NCBI RefSeq assembly: GCF_026571515.1
Contig: NW_026865125.1
Location: forward strand, 1-64,000
Direction of reading: 5' to 3'
DNA: 64,000 nt
Source: Ruditapes philippinarum
Lineage: Eukaryota
The notes below the pieces were generated by a model, which saw only the letters and a program-made list of their open reading frames with translations, searched no databases and was not told the DNA's origin. The position numbers and the translations under genes were made by a program. Shown here in pieces: positions 38,994-51,842 of the stretch; the stretch's first letter is position 1, and every line of letters starts with the position of its first letter.

Positions 38994-41900
38994 CCCGTGA
39001 CATTCTCCCATGCTATACAAAATAAATATCACCATCTTGATTAGTATTTCCTACCACAGCAGTGATAGGTGTTACCCAATCTCCGTATCTTATCGGTGCT
39101 CTCCGGACTCTTTGAGGTCTTTGAATGTCAACTGTGGACTGGTGCTGAGTCTGATTACTGGTATTGGCAATTGGAGGCTCAGACCTAAGACCTAAAGAAA
39201 AATTATTATTATCATTAATACCTGAAACATGAGATTCAGAATTAACATGAGAATTAGACCTAGAGAAATGTAAATTTTCTGAACTAGGTGTTACCCATCT
39301 GAAAAGAAAACCTATTAGTATTAAAAACACTAGGAGTACCGTCACAAATAACATTAGGGATGCTAGATGGCTGCCCAGGTCTGGCCAACGTGACACGGGG
39401 CTTTGGTACCGGTCTCCTCCGAGCTGGGATAATATACTTCTCGGTGGTTTCAGATTCATGGCTTGAATCTGACTCTGTTGAGCTGTCCGGATCATCACAC
39501 TTATCCGATGTTGTGGATACTTTTCTGGTTGTTTGCCTGATCTTTGGTGAGTCAATCTTGGTATCTTCATAAGGGATACTGTGAAGAGGAAGTAAAAGAT
39601 TCCTGTGAAGGGTCTTGGTTGGTCCAGTGCCATTCTCCCTCTTTACTCTATAGACTGGAACTGTCTGGTCTGGGATTGCTGTCACCAAGTATGGGTCCCT
39701 TTGCCACTTGTCATCCAGCTTTCCAGTAGGGGTCACATTTCTTGACTAGGACTCTGTCACCTACCTTGAAGAGTTGAATGGCGCACCTTACTGTCATAGA
39801 TCTTCTTGTGGCGACCAGACTGCTTGGTTGAATTCTCTCTGGCAACTTGGTAAGCAAAATCCAAGCGCTTTCTGAGTTTGGCAGCATAGTTTTGTCTCCT
39901 GCTACTGGCTTGTGGGGGTGATGTGATTGACTCCCAAAAAAAGCGTCAGAAGCAAGTCTAGGATGCCAACCAAAAAGGAGGTAATGGGGAGAAAATCCAG
40001 TGGACTCATGTCTGGTAGCATTGTAGGCGTGAACTAGTGGTTTAACGTAGTCCTTCCAATTGGCTTTCCCGGCAGAGTCTAAGGTACCAAGCATGTTGAG
40101 GAGCGTGGAGTTGAATCGCTCTGTAACCGCATTGCCCATTGGGTGGTATGGAGTGGTCCAGGTCTTCTTGACTCCAGCAATACTACACAGCTCTTTGATG
40201 ACCTTGCTCTCAAAATTCCTTCCCAGGTCACTATGAAGTCTTGCTGGAAAGGAGTAATGGGAAAAGAAGTTCTCGAAGTGGACTCGTGCAGTTGTCTGTG
40301 CCGTCTGGTTGCGGGTCGGAATGGCCTGTGCGTAGCGAGTAAAGTGATCTGTGATGACCAGAATGTTCTCGTACCCACCTTTAGACTTCTCCAAAGACAA
40401 ATAGTATATACAAACCAACTCCATAGGATGTGTACTCTGAAAGGGTACCAAGTGGGCTTGGGCTTTAGCTGGTGACTTCCTTCTCAAGGCAGTTGGGACA
40501 AGTTTGAACCTTCCTGATGACACCCTTCTCTAGGCCCAACCAGAAAAAATCTCTGTTTCACCCAACCAAAGGGGTTCTGTCTCTACCTTGGTGACCAACA
40601 TCATCATGGAGTCCCTTCATGGCCCACTCTCTAAAATTCTCAGGCAAAACCAGCTGAAAAAGTTGCTGTCCATCAATCTCGCATGTTCTGTAGAGTACGC
40701 CGTCTCTGATGGTAAAGGATGGTCTGTGTCTGAAACAGCTTCTGTACTGCTTTAGGCTCATGGCTGAGTTGGTGATGGTTTTGTTGAGATGTATTCTGTT
40801 GTCCACCAATTCTTCATACAACCTTGGAAATAATAGGTCTTTGGCCTGTTCTTTCCTTTTCTAAGTTTGATCTTAGAAATTACACCGAATGATGAAAAAA
40901 ACCTTGTTCAAAAGGCTACGGACCTCTAAAACACTTACCATTTACCCGACAGAGAACATATTTTGACTCACCTGGGGATGTCATCTGTTCTGGCTCTGCG
41001 CCTTCCGTACACCATGACCTTTTGATGACATCAGTAAACATGATTTTCATTTCATCTTTCTTGTAGGTGTGGCCCCTCCTGCTCAAAACCATCAGCATCA
41101 CTGTTTCTGTGGTACCTGGCCCTTGGGTAAAACAGCTTTTGAAGTTGTAATTACCAAAAGAGCAGCTTAACCATTTTCTGTGACCCCAGTAGCCATCTAA
41201 ACTTGGCAGAAGGGAAGAGACGTATGTAAGTGGGTTGTTGTTCAGTTCGGACAATAAAGCGTGTTTCCATACAGGTAGTCATAAACTTCCTCTGATCCCA
41301 CTTCAGGCACAAAAACCCCAACTTGTGTTTGCTGGGTAGTTACTTTCTCCACTGGCACCCGTTTAGACCCCTCCTGTTGGCATAGCTTAATTCACACGTT
41401 CTAGGTCAAGTCTTAAATCCTGGTATAAACAAACTACCGAGAAAATCTTCTGTCGAAGCATCTACAGAAACAATAAATAGCGTTTAAAAGAAAAATCCAG
41501 CATAACCAATACAGGGTGAAATGAGTAAAAGATGGAATCAATATATCCAAAAGGCCTTTTGTTGCCCCTCATCACCCCCAAACCCAGGCGGAGTTTTTAC
41601 TCTTCTTTAGGACTTCTTTAGCTGCCCTTGTTGGTTGGGGAATGACCTATCTAAAAGTTTCATTAAGGAGGCTTAGCAATTTTAGCCATAATCTTTACAA
41701 AAAACGCCTGTAATACCCTGTAAAACCAAGAAATGGTACGTAAAGTTTTAACATTATGTGGTACTGGCCAAGTAGTCAAGGGAGCAATTTTTCTCAGGAT
41801 CTGTATGGATACCTTCTGAGGAAACAACATAACCTAAAATAAGAAACACTTGAACTGAAAAAATTCATACTGTTTGAAGGTTTTAATTTAAGATCATGCT

Positions 41901-43640
41901 CTTGAATACGCTCAAAACAGCTTCTATTCTGTTGATATGTTCATCGAAAGTCTGCGAAAAAATCAAAACATCATCTAGTAAAAAATAAGACACTCTTTTA
42001 AATTTAAATCAGCCCCATACAGGTTTCCATTAACCTTTTGAAATGTGCTTGGAGCGTTGGTGAGACCAAAAGCCATTCTCTCACATTCGTAAAAAACCAA
42101 GTCTTCCAACACTAAAAGCTGTCCTTCTCCTTGTCTTCCTCAGCTATCTCGACTTGCCAATATCCACTACGTAAATCTTAGTTTGGAAAAATATTTGGCA
42201 TTAACAAGAGAATCTAACATATCATCTAACACGAGGCAAAGTATAAGCATCTTTGATGGCTCTTTCTGTTCAGTTCACGCAAATCTATACAAATCTTAAA
42301 CTGTTATCTTTCTTCTGACCAAAACAACATTGCTACAATAAGGAGATTTGACTTTTCTCTAATTGCACCCACAATCTAACATTTCCCGCCAAAATGTTGG
42401 CGAACTTCTTCATACAAAGATGGGGGAATTCTCCTGTAAGGTTGTTTAAAGGGTTGTATCATCAGTAAGTTTAATGTGATGTTTAACTAAGTCAGTTTTG
42501 CCAATATCTGTAAAAGATTTAGAAAAAATATTTTCCCAATTGCCTAAAAATCTGCTGTGCTCTAATATACTGCTCCTCTGTCAAGTTTACCTCATGTAAC
42601 CTTTATACCTAAGTCCTGTAAAATTTTTAAAAGAAGAAGATACTTCTGGTTTAGTAGAAGATTGTTTTTTTTAGGTTTCCATGAGTCAACAATTTTCACC
42701 TCTGAAAGAGAACAAAATATGAGTATTGGGTAAGAATTTTGATGGGTTTACAAGTAATATTGCATACCATAACATCGGACTGGTACTCTAGCAGTAGATC
42801 CTTCACCATAAAGGGAGGACAACTCGGGGACAAATATTCAAACCAGCTAACTGTGGTTTACCGGTAGCCTCTGTAATAGCTTGTTGATATACCATTATGA
42901 TTCCTAACAAGACCTGAAAAATAGTAGAAACTTGATTAGGATGTATCACAATAGGGAAATTTTGTTGGTTGACTTAACAGAAGTTAAGTTTGTACATGTC
43001 ATTGCATCCAAAGCAATTCTGTATGCATCTAAAGAAGAAATATCATGATTAAAATCATTGTTACATAAAACGCAACACATTTGTACCAATAATACCAGGT
43101 ACATCTTGCCGGTTTTCTGTATTCCGGCACAACTAAAAATAGTAACAGAAACACCAGGATCTAAAATAGAAGGTATTAAAAATACCACCCTCAATATATC
43201 CAATATATGGTAACTTATTACCACTAGCACCTACAATATCAAGATTAAAATCAGTTATATCACACAAATCAGGTCTGGGTTCAAGTGAATTGTATAATGA
43301 TTCTGAAATCAAGGTAATCATAGACCCACTATCAAACAAGTACATCAGTTTCCATACCACAAATAACAGCCTTGCCTTGATTGGCTTTGCCAACCATTCT
43401 GTCTACCAAGTTGCTAACTTGTACTTTAGGGCTTTTACCCACATTGACTTCCTCAGTTCGCCCAACAACAGAGGAGTCTACTCTTTTGGGTCATTTTTAC
43501 CTTTAAATGTACTGTTTGACCTGTTACTATTTGACTTATTACCAACATAACTCTTATGTTTTCGCCTCAGAGTTTCCAATAGAAACGTTCTTTAAAGGCC
43601 GTTCCAGTGGGTTGTAGAAAAACTGTCGTTAAATCTACCG
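38994..43640 (-). mobile_element. Gypsy/Ty3 LTR retrotransposon (gag tail, PR, RT, RH, IN; many frameshifts), 5' truncated
   Basis: Protease LFDSGSM (~43330); RT MAFGLTNAPSTFQ and LDDVLIFSQTFDEH (~42080-41940); RNase H VDAS..NNPLTY; integrase ILVITDHFTRYA..LHSDLGRNFES..TTPYHPMGN..ERFN; stop at 39013; purine tract GGGAGAA then TGTCACGGG LTR start at 39002. Confidence 0.92.
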
Positions 43641-44689
43641 TATGTAGAAATATTTTAAGAATATCGAATTTTAAAAACGATGATAAAACTTTGTTTGTTT
43701 ATTTTATTTCAGTCTATAATTATCCAAGCGAAATACAAATTATTAAAAGTCAAATAAATGTAGAACTTAACTCGTCTGCGACATAAAAATAGCGTACTTG
43801 ATTTTGATTGTTTTGCACGTGCTGTGTGGCGCCACATTGTGACGTCATGTAAACAACACTTTAAACGTCTGTACAGCGATAACGACTGAATTAAAGATAT
43901 TGGTGTCCGGATTCATTTTCTTAGTTAGACTATTTTCTTTCATTCTAGATAGTTTTCACAACAAAATTCGACAAAAAATTGTTTAATCTATCAGATTTTT
44001 CAAACAAAATGGCGCCCTCAGTGTGAAAATACACAGGAAGATAATAAGAGCGGCAAGTGGATTGTTGTAGAATAATGCACGCTTCGGGCCTTCTTTGTTT
44101 ATATAGAAAAGTTTCCGATAGTGTTAGAATTTGTGATTGATATTGTTATTGTGTGTTTACCAGTCTTGCAAAACGTTAAATATGTATATAATTATGCAAA
44201 TAAAATAATTTTCACAAATCGAAGAAAAAATGTAAAATGTGTACTGCAAATATGTGTGCACATTATATTTGATCAATAAATTGCATGCATTCATTTCTTA
44301 TTAGAAAAATTGACTAAGTATTTATAGAAAATAAATTTCTAATAACCTCCCTTTATTTACATGAAATGTTAAATTGGGTAATATTTTTATAAATAATGCT
44401 TTTTGGAACTTACAATATTGACAAATCTTAATTTGAGCATCATATTTATAAAATAAAACCATGAACAAATTGTGTTACAGGATCTTTAAATTTGGTTACA
44501 AAAATTTCAAAAAGACGTTATGTGAATTAAATAGACGTACAGAAATGAGGTAAATGTAAAAACAAAACAAAAATGCCACTATTAGAAGTTAGGTCACATG
44601 TTTAATCTAAAAAGTCAAAGAAGAATTCATTGTTTTATTTTCAGAATCAAAACTATCTTATTATAATGATCAGACCTTGACCTTTGTAG

Positions 44690-45055
44690 TAACTTTGATT
44701 GGTTGTTTAATATTGAGGCGCGAATTCTAATCAAACTGGTCATTCGAACTTTCGTTGTCTTGCTGCTAACATTTACTTTGAATTATTTGGGCGTTGATTT
44801 AGTAAAATTTTGCAATTTCCATTTTATGTCGCATGTAACTCAAAAAGTATTTGACCTAGAGTAATGAAACTTTACAGGAATGTTGATCAGCATGTGTTGT
44901 TGTGCACCTGAGTATTTTCGTCTGGATATTTTTAGTATTTTTAGAGTAATTGCCATTGACATAGTAAAATTTTGCAATTTTCTACTTGTCTCGCATGTAA
45001 CTCAAAAAGGATTTGACATAGAGTCATGAAACTTTAAAGGAATTAACAGGAATTT
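44690..45055 (+). repeat. HINE satellite fragment (same family as 59745-60465)
   Basis: aaactttacaggaatgttgatcagcatgtg..gtgcacc units. Confidence 0.65.
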
Positions 45056-45059
45056 ACAG

Positions 45060-46010
45060 GATTACACTTTCACAAGCAAATTGTCTTTACTTTATATGGC
45101 ACAGGACCAAAGTACAAAAGCTAAAAGAGTTCTTATATCTATTCTTAACAAATTGTATGAGTATGGATAACTTCCAAACCATGTATTTTTCGATATATTT
45201 GATACAAGAATCAGTCCAATTTTGTTATACGGGTGCAAGATTCGGGGTGCTAGTGAGCACAAATTCATTAAATTCATTCAAAATTATGTAAAACATATAT
45301 GTGCCTTGTTGAAACAAAATTATTTTAGCTATTTTGGGGGATAGGGGTAGATTTTTTATGCTTTTACAACTGCTTAAAGAGTAATTAAATATTGGTGTAG
45401 AATATTAAAGATGGATGAGCAAAGATATGTAAAAGCAAACAATATAATGAAATGCTTTGATAACTATAGCCAAAGAAATTGGATTACATATGTTAAAAAT
45501 TTACTTATGAGAAATGGATCTGGGCAAGTTTGGTTTTATCAGAGAGTACCCGATGAAAAATTATTCTTTCAACAATTAACTCTTAGACTTAAGGATCAGT
45601 ATCTTCAAACTTGGTATTCTGATGTGGGAAATATTTCTAAACTATCATTGTTTGCAAATTATAAGTTAATTTTTGAACATGAAATATAATTGGATTTTGT
45701 AACAATTAAAAAATTGAGAAATAAATGCATTGGGTAAATTAAGGATCTCTTCACATAACTAAGATAAAGAAAGAGGCAGATATTCTAGCACTGAAAGAAA
45801 TCAAAGAATATGCAAACTTTGTAATACTGAAATTGAAACTGAATTTCATTTTGTTTTAAAATGTCCCAGATTAATATCTTTTATAGAGATCTAAATTCTA
45901 TCAGTCCCCTAATATTAATAATTCAACATTTTGATGTCATCTAAAATGTAGATATTATAATGAGATTGGCTGTGTTTGCATATTGTGCTTTTCAAGAACG
46001 TAAAATGTTA
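45060..46010 (+). mobile_element. Degenerate CR1-Zenon-type LINE, ORF2 C-terminal fragment
   Basis: FDTRISPILLYGC, NWITYVKNLL..GQVWFYQ, LRLKDQYLQTW, KLRISSH, GRY..RNQRICKLC..ETEFHFVLKCP, with stops and frameshifts. Confidence 0.8.
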
Positions 46011-48679
46011 CTAAATGATTATTTGCTTAAATATGTAATTATTTATGTATCTACACATTCTGGCGGGTATATACTATACTTATATGTTAAAATAGTTTAT
46101 TTTTGTCACTTCATATATATTTATACTAGTCTAGTAGTTGTAAATTGTATTTGATCTATTTAGTACACCGGCACTTCATCATGTCATGCTTGGGGATAAA
46201 TTTGCCCGGGCTAGTATATCGGGTTTGAATTCGTTCTTATTATAATGCGTTAAAAAACGAGACGTCCATCGCTTATGATAATGTTACTTCCGTCATTATA
46301 TTGTATTTATTGTTTACTCAAATACATGGCTGTTGGTTAGTAAAGATCGGATTTTGAAACCTCAACTCGTTTTTGTGTAGTCATCATACATCCCTATATT
46401 GTATGTATAACATTTTTATGATTATAGGTAATATATACTTTTATTATTAAGATGATTTAGAAATTGCTGATTATTTGAAACACTTTTAACGCTTATAAAC
46501 AATATACCAAAAGAATATATAACGAAAAAACTTGAAAACAACACAACTTTTATGGAAATAACAAGGTACGTTTATCATTACAATTAAAATATCCTAAACA
46601 ATAAATAGCTATAATATTGAAAATGATGAAAAGGTAATAACATACCAATAAAGATAAATGCGAAAAGGAAATTGATGCAGAATTGAATCAGAAGATATAA
46701 ACTATACCAGTACTATAGTTGTGACATTAAGGAGTTTTCAGTATAACTTTCTCCATAGACTAATTGCGACAAACACGTACTATGATATTTTAAATACAAT
46801 CTATCCAATAAGAATTGTGTGATTTTTGCTGCGGTCATTTAGAAAGAAATCATCATATGGTTTGTGAATGTAAAATTGTACAAAACTAATCGTCTTACTT
46901 GCATTCTTTTCTCTGGTCAATTAATCTCCATACATGAAAGAAATAATTTCAGAGAGCATACAAACAATATATTAATGTAGTAATTTATATCATTATATGC
47001 ATGAAATATTACATTAAAAAAAATATAATACTAGTTAAAAACAATTCTTTTTATTCTCAAACTTTTTGCTATCAGAATACAGGCTAAATTGCATTTGAAA
47101 ATGACAAAGTTGAATCATACAAACAAAAACTGGCGTAATCTATCTAACACTCTTACACATAAAACTTTTTGTAAAAAAAATAAAGAAAATATGAACATTA
47201 AACCATAACATTTATAAAATTGAATAAAACTGGTTCATTTGTCTCTAATATTTTGTCTGCTTGGTTGAGGTATTGAGTGCATTAGTGCTTTTTGTTAGTT
47301 TGTATGAAGTATTTCTCTTTGTTTATTATCCGTCGGGTCTACCTATTTCACGTGATTGTAACGTGATATTGTTCACAGAGAACTTGGTTTAGAACAGTCC
47401 GTTAAAATGTCAAATTTTACAACATTTCTAAAGGATTTTGGATTTAAAGTAATTCAGTATATGTGTTCTTATATCCGATAAGAAAATAAGTGAAAAAGTG
47501 AACTATTTTCTGAAAAATCAAAAAAAATAAATGCGAAGCCACGTCACCTTTGTTAGAGGGCAATGAACCGGATTGCATGGACTACTCGTATGGTGATTTA
47601 CACATGTCTAGTGATAACAAAACGCAACTGACAAATAAATATAGGAATAAATAAGTTAACACACTAGTGATAATACACAAACTGTAAGTAGTCACTTTAT
47701 AGTTTGGCATATGGTTTCTTCGGCGCTCTATTCGAAATGATTCAGCCTTTATATGCTACGAGCCTGCCGCCATCCATGGGGTTCGGTTTCCCAACGCCCG
47801 GCGCTGGATGCCCTTCTAATCCACCACAATAGGCGACTGAACTCATAAATGACGTAAAAATGATAAAGGAAAAGCTTCATTTTATCTGTAAAATTTGAGA
47901 AGTCATTTCATCGATTTATATAAAAATGACAGACAAAGAATCAAAAATGAAATCATTCGGCACTAGGATAAAAAAATGTTGTGAATACTTGTCTTAGGAC
48001 AATGATCTGATACATCGTGAATTAAAAGACACACGAAGTGAACTGAAAATTTTTAAAAAACGATTTTAAATATATAGTTTCACAATACACTCAGATATGT
48101 CGGGTACAGGAGAAACTTGAACAACAGGTTATAAGTCTAGAAATGCAGTCACTGAAGAATAGCCTTTTGTTTTATGGATTTCCCGCGGAAACAGACGAGA
48201 ATTGCGGAAAACTTATAAATAAAGGAGCTATGCAGAGACACATTGAAATTGTCTGAGGCTGAAACATTTGGGTTTGAGAAACTCCCCTATCGTCTTGGAA
48301 AACGTTCGCCTGAAAAACACGTCCTATTTTAGCACGTTTTATACACAATCATCAGCGAGAACGTGTAAGGTCCGCGTCTTTCGATCAAGCAGACGATTTG
48401 AGAGATGTAGCACGTGGTGTCGGGGTACAACTACCTAGGGTAGTGCGCGATGCTAGAAGACCGCTGTATCCGAAAATGGAAGATGCGAAATCTGTAAAAT
48501 TCATCGGAACAAAATTATTGACTTATAATGTAGAATACAAACCGAGTAATGTTTACTAGAGTAAAAAATTAAAGAACAGTAGTAGAGGAAGATACAGAAG
48601 CAGTATTTCTTTATATGTAACTTATATGTATTTATATGTCACTTGTATATACCTCCCGTAATTTCTAAGGTAATCTAAC

Positions 48680-51383
48680 CACGGGGGAGGAAGTGTTACA
48701 CGAAAGATGGAGTTCTTATGATAACTTGTTTGGAGTTCTTATGATAATTGTCACGGAGTTCCTGGAAAACGTTACGGATTTCTGTGGAAAACTTTTCTAT
48801 ATACTTGGAGAACTCGCGTAAAAAATGGTTATTTTTAACTTTAAATGGGGAGTTTGAGGTGCTAAATGAAACTTTGATAATTAAGCTTGCCCTACATATT
48901 GTATTTTGTTTCAGAAAAAATCGTTAAGTCCATATTTTGTCGCCTTTTTAAAAAAAATCTGGTAGTTTTGAGAAAAATTACCAAATTACTTGCTAATTCG
49001 TACATATTGACCTTTTCATTTGTGATCTTCTTCGTTGCTATACTTAATTACCTAATAATTATGGAGAGATGCAAACATAAAGCCCGGGCTAATAAATTTA
49101 TACCCGACTTTTCAAATGTTACGGAGTTCTTGCGATAACTCAAATATGTCCTGGAGTTCTTATGATAACTTTTGTTTCTGCCAGTGTGTTTTGTGCTTAA
49201 TCACGACACGTTTAAGCGTATTTTTATTAGTCAATAAGTGTGTAAATCATTAGAAAGCATAGTACGCTTATCATTTGCAAAAATAATTTGGTAAAATAAC
49301 GTTGGTTTTGATCGTGTTTTTCAGTTCAAGAGATATTTTTCTTACCTCCGTTTCTTGTGGGTTTTTTTTGTGTTTGTTTTGGTCTTTGTGTGTGTGTGTG
49401 TGTGTGTTTTTATTTTATTGGAATGACTGTAAACATACTTGATGTAGAGCATTTACTTACAGGATAATAATACGCTTTTGAATTTAATACTCAAGCATGA
49501 TTTCGTCATATATGCATTATTCCTGGCAGTTTTAGAGAACATTAAGTAACTATGCTATCGGTATGCATGTAAATGGTTATCAGCAAAATAGTAGGTAGTA
49601 TACACTACCATTATCTAAATTTAATGAGGTGGGTGTCGTCTTATGTATATTCAACGGGTATTTCAATTTCTAAAAAGGTATCAGTTTTTGTCATAGAAAC
49701 GTATAAAGTTCTATGACAATGATATGACGATAGAAAATAAGTCTTTAATAAGATATGTGAGTCACCGTAAGGTTCATGCCGTTTATCGACCTTGTTCCTT
49801 TCTCTATTAAATCCAATGTAGCATCACATGACGTATAGCAATTTCCATATTTCGGAAAAATTACTGCATACATTTTTCTTATCAAAGTTGGAGTCCTAGT
49901 GGAAATTTTGCAACAACTTTTGCTGTAATTGATTACAAAAATATATTGTCGAACTTCTTTCGCTCGAACACGTAGGGCACGTGCAAATCTGTCGAAGAGA
50001 TCGGTAGTAATCGGTTGATTTTTTATTCATAAAAAGATCATACATTTCGGGTGCATGGGTGTGAAGGATATCCCGGTTATATACGTTACATGGTATATAA
50101 TGATACAATTTACTTAGCCGCTTCTTGAGGGAAGCCCAACTACTTATTGTCTGCTTTAGAAAGGTGGTTGCTTAAAACAAGTTATCTGAGAAAAAAAGTG
50201 TAAGTTTTAAATATTTTTTCCTTGGCGGTTTAAGCCATGTTACTGCTGAATACAGGTGACCGCTGATTCAGATTTTCCTGAAGAATTTTGTTTGTTTGTT
50301 TGTTTCATTTTACGCCTTTTCCCAACAGTATTTTAGTCATATGGGCGGGTAGTTTCCATCGTTCCTGGAGAGTTACACCAGTACTAGACTACCTTCCTCC
50401 GTGCTAAACTACCAAAGCATCTCCCGGGGATCGAACCCACGCCAGAGAGGTAACTGGATTAGAAGTCATCGACTCAAACCCCTCGACCACGGAGGCGGTC
50501 GTTCCTGAAGATATAACTTAGGCACCTGTTTATCCTATGTAGACTGTACACCAAGCAGTTTCATGTCTTCTCCAGATATATTCATTGATCGTGTTTTAAT
50601 TTTTGCCACATGGCCTCAATGTTGCATTTGCGGAAACTTATGACATAAAACTTTTGTTGACGAACAGTATACACAGAAACATTTAGTGCATTCATTGGGT
50701 TTTATAATGTCAATATGATTTCGCACAAATTTAATTAGGAACTAAAACACGATCAAAACCAACGTTATATAACCAAATTTTTGTGCAAATGATAAGCGTA
50801 CTATGCTTCATAATGATTTACACACTTATTGACTAATAAAATACGCCTAAACGTGCCGTAATTAAGCACAAGAAACACACTGGCAGTAACAAAAGTTATC
50901 ATAAGAACTCCAGGACATATTTTGAGTTATCACAAGAATTCCGTAACATTTGAAAAATCGGGATACATTTATTAGCCCGGGCTTTATGTTTGCAACTCTC
51001 TACTATAATTAGGTGATTATGTATAGCAACGAAGAAGATCACAAATGAAAAAGTCAATATGTACGAATTAGCAAGTAATTTGGAAATTTTTCTCAAAACT
51101 ACCAGATTTTTTTAAACGGCGACGAAATATGGACTAAAATATTTTTTTCGGAAACATAATACAATATGTAGGGCAAGCTTAATTATCAAAGTTTAATTTA
51201 GCAGCTCAAACTCCCCATTTAAAGTTAAAAATAACCATTCTTTACGCGAGTTCTCTAAGTATATAGAAAAGTTTTCCACAGAAATCCGTAACGTTTTCCA
51301 GGAACTCCGTGACAGTTATCATAAGAACTCCAAACAAGTTATCATAAGAACTCCATCCTTCGTGTAACACTTCCTCCCCCGTG
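48680..51383. mobile_element. Non-autonomous DNA transposon, family 2, complete: ~645-bp TIRs, CAC...GTG termini, perfect 5-bp TSD CTAAC
   Basis: ctaac|cacgggggaggaagtgttacacg ... cgtgtaacacttcctcccccgtg|ctaac (TSD at 48675-48679 and 51384-51388). Confidence 0.93.
50285..50501 (-). mobile_element. Full-length tRNA-derived SINE with 10-bp TSD TTCCTGAAGA
   Basis: Minus strand: A box tggtcgagggg, B box ggttcgatccc, 3' ccatatgac, (AAAC)n tail. TSD at 50275-50284 and 50502-50511. Confidence 0.88.
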
Positions 51384-51842
51384 CTAACGGGAGGAATTTG
51401 ATTTTTTTGAAAATTTAGAAATTGATATATTGAAATATAACGAAGTAGGCAAAATAAACGTAACTGGCGAATTTCATAGTCGCACCGATGATTTGCCTAT
51501 AAGACGAAAACTACCCTTTTTTAACCGAATAAACATACCAGAACGAGTTATCAGACATCACGTGATTGATACGCACGGGCGTCGCCTGCTGGATATGTGT
51601 ATATCAGCCAGTTTGTCGATAGCAAACGGTAGAGTTTCACACAACCGCGATACAGGTGATTACACTTACTGTTCACATCAAAGGCAAAGTATTGTAGACT
51701 ACTTGTTTGTTTCCAGATTTTTTTACTTACTATTAAACCGTCAATATTTCGAATCATTATTGAGTTTCGAAATTCTCGATTTCAACTCATTTTCGGACCA
51801 CGCGGCTTTAGCATTTAAGTTACCTAGAAATAATTTAAACAA

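Noticed and set aside
50420-50501. tRNA gene
   Set aside because: The A/B boxes belong to a SINE head; it has a body, an (AAAC)n tail and a TSD, and no clean cloverleaf.
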